Source: Desulfobacterales bacterium (GTDB lineage: Bacteria > Desulfobacterota > Desulfobacteria > Desulfobacterales > UBA2174). Taken from it: 64,000 nucleotides of DNA. The stretch covers positions 64,001 to 128,000 of the forward strand of contig CAXXWC010000006.1 of the NCBI GenBank assembly GCA_963668645.2. Direction: 5' to 3'. Positions within the stretch are counted from its first letter, which is position 1. The number at the start of each line of letters is the position of its first letter. Made by a program: the position numbers and the translations under genes. This document shows, in pieces, positions 59,627-64,000 of the stretch. The notes under the pieces are model-generated. The model saw only the letters and a program-made list of their open reading frames with translations, made no database searches and had not been told where the DNA came from.

Positions 59627-61664
59627 ATTCGTCAAAACCGTCTGCCCGTACTGCGGCAGCGGCTGCGGTCTGGTGCTGACAGTGGACGGCGGCCGGGTGG
59701 TGGCGGCCGGAGCGGATCCTTCCCATCCGGTCTCCCGGGGCAGCCTGTGCATCAAGGGCTGGACGGCGGCCGAGTTCATCCACCATCCGGGCCGGCTCAC
59801 CGCACCGCTGCTCAGGACCGGGGCCGGATTCCGCGAAATCTCCTGGGACGAGGCCTTGGGACGGATGGCCGAGCGCTTCGGCCAAACCGTGGCGCAACAC
59901 GGGTCCGGGGCCGTGGCCGGGCTCAGTTCGGCCCGCTGCACCAACGAGGAGAACTATCTTTTCCAGAAGCTGATCCGCCTCGGCCTGGGCTCGAACAACG
60001 TCGATCACTGCGCCCGGCTGTGCCACGGCCCCACCGTGGCCGCCATGGGCCAGATGCTCGGCAGCGGGGCCATGACCAACCCCATCGCCGACCTGGCCGT
60101 AAGCGACTGCATCCTGGCCTTCGGTGCCAACCCGGCCGAGACCTTCCCGGTACCGATGGGCGAGATCCACCGGGCGCGGCGCCGCGGGGCGCGGCTGATC
60201 GTGATCGATCCGCGGGCCACCGAGATGGCCGCCGGCGCAGACCGGCATCTTCAGATCCGGCCGGGGACCGACATCCTTCTGGCCAGCGGCATGATGCGCC
60301 ACATCCTGGACGCCGGCCTGGAAAACCGGAATTTTATCGCCGCACGCACCGAGGACTTCGCCCCCCTGGCCGAGTACCTGCAAGCCTGGCCGGTGGAGCG
60401 GGCCGCCGAGGCCTGCGGACTGGCGCCGGAGCTGATCCGGGAGGTTGCCGAGGCCTTTGCCCGCGCACCGGCGGCCACCATCGTCTTTTGCATGGGCATC
60501 ACCCAGCATGTCTGCGGCACGGCCAACGTCCACGCCCTGTGCGACCTGGCCCTGCTCTGCGGCCAGGTGGGCCGGCCCGGCGCCGGTATCTGCCCGTTGC
60601 GCGGCCAGTGCAACGTCCAGGGGGCCTGCGACATGGGCGCGCTGCCCAACGTTTTGCCCGGCTACCAGGCCATTGCCGACGAGGCGGTGCGCAAGCGCTT
60701 TGCGGCGGTCTGGGGTGTCGATCCACCCCACGCCGCCGGGCTGACCATCACCGCCGCCATGGCTGCGGCCCCCGGAACGATCCGCGCCCTTTACATCATG
60801 GGCGAAAACCCGGTGATGAGCGATCCCAACCGCGCCCACACCGTCGCCTTTCTCAAAAGCCTCGATTTTCTCGTGGTCCAGGACATCTTTCCCACCGAGA
60901 CCACCAATCTTGCCCATCTCGTCCTGCCGGCGGCCTGTTTCGCCGAAAAGGACGGCACCTTCACCAACACCGAAAGAAGAGTTCAGCGGCTGCGCCGGGC
61001 CGTGGATCCGCCCGGACAGGCCCTGGACGATCTTTCCATCCTCTGCCGGGTGGCCCGTGCCCTGGGTTTCGATTTTGATAATTCCGACCCCGGGACCGTG
61101 ATGGCCGAGATCGCCTCGCTGGTACCGGCCTACGGCGGCATCCTTTATCCCCGGCTCGGACCGGCCGGGCTCCAGTGGCCTTGTCCTGACGAGACCCACC
61201 CGGGCACCGAACGGCTCCACGGCGAACGCTTCACCCGGGGCCGGGCCATGTTCGTGGTGCCGGCCTGGGCCCCGATCCAGGAACCGACCGACGAGACCTA
61301 TCCCCTGGTGCTGATCACAGGGCGCATGTTCTGCCACTACCACACCGGCACCATGACCCGCCGCTCGCCGTCTTTGCACCGCGAGGCCGAACGGCCCGTG
61401 GTGGAGATCAATCCCCACGACGCGGGCCAGCGGCACATCGCCGACGGCGACCGGGTGCGGGTGGAAACGCGCCGTGGCGCCGTCTCCACCACGGCCCGGC
61501 TCAGTGAGCGCATGGCCAGGGGAACGATCTTCGCCGCCTTCCACTTTCACGAGGCCCCGGCCGATGCCCTGACCAACGACGCCCTCGACCCGGTCTCCAA
61601 CGTCCCCGAACTCAAAGCCTGTGCGGCCCAGATGACCAGGGAGGCGGCATGTCAGCAGGTCTGA
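59616..61664 (+). CDS. fdhA: Formate dehydrogenase alpha subunit (Cys type, cytoplasmic)
   Basis: TVCPYCGSGC, LCIKG, SARCTNEENY, NNVDHCARLCH, PLRGQCNVQGACDMG, EKDGTFTNTERR, YHTGTMTRR; no Tat signal. Confidence 0.92.
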   Translation: MGVEFVKTVCPYCGSGCGLVLTVDGGRVVAAGADPSHPVSRGSLCIKGWTAAEFIHHPGRLTAPLLRTGAGFREISWDEALGRMAERFGQTVAQHGSGAVAGLSSARCTNEENYLFQKLIRLGLGSNNVDHCARLCHGPTVAAMGQMLGSGAMTNPIADLAVSDCILAFGANPAETFPVPMGEIHRARRRGARLIVIDPRATEMAAGADRHLQIRPGTDILLASGMMRHILDAGLENRNFIAARTEDFAPLAEYLQAWPVERAAEACGLAPELIREVAEAFARAPAATIVFCMGITQHVCGTANVHALCDLALLCGQVGRPGAGICPLRGQCNVQGACDMGALPNVLPGYQAIADEAVRKRFAAVWGVDPPHAAGLTITAAMAAAPGTIRALYIMGENPVMSDPNRAHTVAFLKSLDFLVVQDIFPTETTNLAHLVLPAACFAEKDGTFTNTERRVQRLRRAVDPPGQALDDLSILCRVARALGFDFDNSDPGTVMAEIASLVPAYGGILYPRLGPAGLQWPCPDETHPGTERLHGERFTRGRAMFVVPAWAPIQEPTDETYPLVLITGRMFCHYHTGTMTRRSPSLHREAERPVVEINPHDAGQRHIADGDRVRVETRRGAVSTTARLSERMARGTIFAAFHFHEAPADALTNDALDPVSNVPELKACAAQMTREAACQQV

Positions 61665-62104
61665 AGGAAAAAATCGCAGCCCTCCTGGCCGCCACCGGAG
61701 CGGCCGGCTGCGTCGAATGCGGCAAATGCGTGGCGGTCTGCCCCATGGCGGCGATGTACCCGGATTTTTGCTGGGAGATGTCGCCGCGCGGGCTGATCCG
61801 GCGGTCCGCCACCGAGGAGGGGCTCCTGGACGATCCTGTGATCTGGCGCTGCACCCAGTGCAATGCGGGCACCGACGTCTGCCCGGAGGCGGTAAGCTGC
61901 CGGGATCTGGTGGCCGGACTGCGCCGGTTGGCCGCCGAAACCGGCCGCAACGTGCCGAGCCGGACCTGTGTGTTGTGTGCCAAACCCTTCGTGCCCCAGG
62001 CGGTGGAGGCGTATCTCAAGGGACGGCTCGCCGGTGCGGACGACCGCTACGCCGACGCCTGCCCCGCCTGCCGGCAGCAGCGCTACGCGCGCAGAAATTC
62101 TTGA
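61649..62104 (+). CDS. HdrC-like 4Fe-4S protein with C-terminal Cys pairs
   Basis: CVECGKCVAVCP, SPRGLI, IWRCTQCNAGTDVCP, CVLC..CPAC. Confidence 0.7.
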   Translation: MSAGLKEKIAALLAATGAAGCVECGKCVAVCPMAAMYPDFCWEMSPRGLIRRSATEEGLLDDPVIWRCTQCNAGTDVCPEAVSCRDLVAGLRRLAAETGRNVPSRTCVLCAKPFVPQAVEAYLKGRLAGADDRYADACPACRQQRYARRNS

Positions 62105-62142
62105 CCCTTGCGGCCGGTTCCATCGGACCTTGGAAAAACACC

Positions 62143-63465
62143 ATGCTCGATCGACTCACTAAAGACCTGCCCGCCATCGGCCTCGACGATCTGAGGCCGC
62201 AGCCGGCCAAGGCCAAGCCGCCGCGCCGGCCGCAGGTGCTCGTCTTCGACCCGCGAAAGTGCAACGGCTGCGGCGACTGTGTGACGGCCTGCGCCGAACG
62301 GCGCGCCGCCCGGGATCCGGGTGCCGGTGCGGCCATCCGCATCCTGGCCCCGGAAACCGAGGACGACCGCCACTTTGCCATCTTCTGCCAGCACTGCCGC
62401 GAACCGGTCTGCCTGCCGGTCTGCCCCACCCGCGCCATCGAGAAGGGTGCGGACGGGATCGTGCGCATCGACCGGCGCTTTTGCACCGACTGCGGCCTGT
62501 GCGCCTTGGCCTGCCCCGAATCGGCCCCCCTGAAAAATCCCCAAAGCGGCCGCATCGACAAGTGCGATTTTTGTGACGGAGCCCCGGCCTGCGTCCAGCG
62601 CTGCACCGAGGAGGCCCTGAAGCTGACCCGGGGCAAGGCCCTAGGCTGGATCCGGCTGCTGCGCTGGCCTGTGCAGGCCCTGGCCTTTTTCTTGCTGGTG
62701 ATGGTTTTTGTGGGCACTTTTTGCCATTTTCGCGCCGGGGTGGTGAACCTCCAGTGCCCCACCGGCTTTTTGCAGAATCTTTTCTCGTCCAAGGTCCTGT
62801 GGTGGACCGGACTCGGATCGGCGGCGGTGCTGGTGGGCCTTACCGTGGTGCTCGGAAGGGTGTTCTGCGGCTGGATCTGTCCTTTCGGGTTCGTGCTCGA
62901 CCTGGTGAGCAAGGTGACGCCGCGCTTCGGCCTGCCGCGCTTCTTGAAAAGCCGCGCCATCAAGTACGGGGTGCTGGCCAGCGCCGTGGGCACCAGCGCC
63001 GGGCTCGGGTTCCAGCCCTTTTGCACCATCTGTCCCATCGGCAGTCTGTGCCGCTCCTACGGGCCGAACGGAGTCCTCAAGGGAGCCCAACTCGCCATCT
63101 TTCCGGCCTTTGCGGCCCTGGAGTTGGGCGAACGGCGCAGTTGGTGCCGCTATTTTTGCCCGGTGGGAGCCGTGCTGGCCCTGGCGGCGCGCTTCGGGTT
63201 GATCAAGATCGTCATCGGGGCGCGCCAGTGCAAGAAATTTTCCTGCATGCAGTGCGCCGACATCTGTCCGACCGGCATCATCGAGCGGGGCGACCTGCAG
63301 CAGGGGATCTCTCCCAAGATCCCCATGGCCGAATGCATCATGTGCCTGCGCTGCATCGACAAGTGCCCCTACGGCGCGGCCAAGATCCGCTTGCGCTGGC
63401 AGAAAACATCCCCCGAGGACCTTGTCGTCCCCCTGGCCCGGGCGGCGGCGGGCGGCGGCGAATGA
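62143..63465 (+). CDS. Fusion of a 4x[4Fe-4S] domain with a NapH/MauN-like membrane ferredoxin
   Basis: N-terminal CNGCGDC, CQHC, CTDCGLC, CDFC; membrane part GRVFCGWICPFG, FCTICPIG, WCRYFCPVG; C-terminal 2x[4Fe-4S]. Confidence 0.82.
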   Translation: MLDRLTKDLPAIGLDDLRPQPAKAKPPRRPQVLVFDPRKCNGCGDCVTACAERRAARDPGAGAAIRILAPETEDDRHFAIFCQHCREPVCLPVCPTRAIEKGADGIVRIDRRFCTDCGLCALACPESAPLKNPQSGRIDKCDFCDGAPACVQRCTEEALKLTRGKALGWIRLLRWPVQALAFFLLVMVFVGTFCHFRAGVVNLQCPTGFLQNLFSSKVLWWTGLGSAAVLVGLTVVLGRVFCGWICPFGFVLDLVSKVTPRFGLPRFLKSRAIKYGVLASAVGTSAGLGFQPFCTICPIGSLCRSYGPNGVLKGAQLAIFPAFAALELGERRSWCRYFCPVGAVLALAARFGLIKIVIGARQCKKFSCMQCADICPTGIIERGDLQQGISPKIPMAECIMCLRCIDKCPYGAAKIRLRWQKTSPEDLVVPLARAAAGGGE

Positions 63466-64000
63466 AAAGCGCGGCCCTGATCGACAGGCACCGGCGGCCC
63501 CTGACCTATCTGCGGGTATCGATCACCGACCGGTGCAACCTGCGCTGCCTGTACTGCGTTCCGGACGGCCCGTTCGCCAAGCTCGACCACCGCCAGATCC
63601 TGAGCTACGAGGAGATCCTGCGCGTGGTTGGCATCGGGGCCGGCCTCGGCATCACCAAGGTGCGCGTCACCGGCGGAGAGCCGCTGGTGCGCCAGGGGGT
63701 GGACACGTTCCTGGCCCGCCTGTGTAAAATTCCGGGGCTGGCCGAGGTGTCGCTGACCACCAACGGCGTGCTGCTCGAACGGCACATCGAGGCCATCCGG
63801 GACGCGGGCATCCGGCGGCTCAACATCAGTCTGGATGCCATCGATCCGCTCCGGTTCCGGCGCATCACCCGCCGCGACCGCTTCGATCAGGTCTGGCGCG
63901 GGATCATGGCGGCCCAGCGTGCCGGCATGGCACCCATCAAGATCAACACGGTGGCCCTGGGCGGGATCAACGACGATCAGATCGTGCGCCTGGCCCGGCT
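63462..64000 (+). CDS. moaA: GTP 3',8-cyclase MoaA, partial
   Basis: Manual translation MKSAALIDRHRRPLTYLRVSITDRCNLRCLYC...KVRVTGGEPL...LTTNG...RLNISLD; runs off the window. Confidence 0.92.
   Translation, partial: MKSAALIDRHRRPLTYLRVSITDRCNLRCLYCVPDGPFAKLDHRQILSYEEILRVVGIGAGLGITKVRVTGGEPLVRQGVDTFLARLCKIPGLAEVSLTTNGVLLERHIEAIRDAGIRRLNISLDAIDPLRFRRITRRDRFDQVWRGIMAAQRAGMAPIKINTVALGGINDDQIVRLAR

Noticed and set aside
55349..61664. Selenocysteine recoding in HdrA, MvhD or FdhA
   Set aside because: The ORFs are uninterrupted and have Cys at the relevant sites (e.g. DHCARLCH).

Overview
High-GC bacterial DNA, most consistent with an anaerobic Desulfobacterota-type host (inferred from the HdrA/MvhD/Fdh/AOR content, not proven). 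Left to right: (1) a partial PAS-domain regulator and a ubiG-ubiE pair. (2) A histidine-utilisation-like operon (hutC divergent; cyclodeaminase, formiminotransferase, a very divergent urocanase and imidazolonepropionase) with no hutH in the window. It continues into a Na+/solute symporter, a two-subunit aconitase X, a LarA-family racemase and a D-2-hydroxyacid dehydrogenase, a candidate new entry route into urocanate catabolism. (3) An ADP-forming acyl-CoA synthetase pair. (4) A TonB receptor + fused ECF transporter + TiaS-N-like enzyme operon. (5) FUSC and AAA/DUF4143 genes and a broken LysA-like gene. (6) A ~15 kb lower-GC island of 12 co-oriented, mostly exported or membrane proteins: two large paralogues sharing a near-identical N-terminal DNA block, a vWA protein, an ABC pair, coiled-coil proteins, and a MotA/ExbB-like channel with two ExbD-like partners. 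(7) An IS cluster: an unclassified 2.7 kb IS with an 8-bp TSD, an IS3, and an IS1634 remnant. (8) A two-component system and a ~12 kb redox operon: Tat-signal FeS + aldehyde:ferredoxin oxidoreductase, NapG/NapH-like proteins, two HdrA-like proteins, MvhD, FdhB-like/FdhA, HdrC-like, moaA. Three MITE copies with 6-bp TSDs were found. No rRNA, tRNA or CRISPR array was seen. All family calls come from motif recognition by eye; no searches were run.
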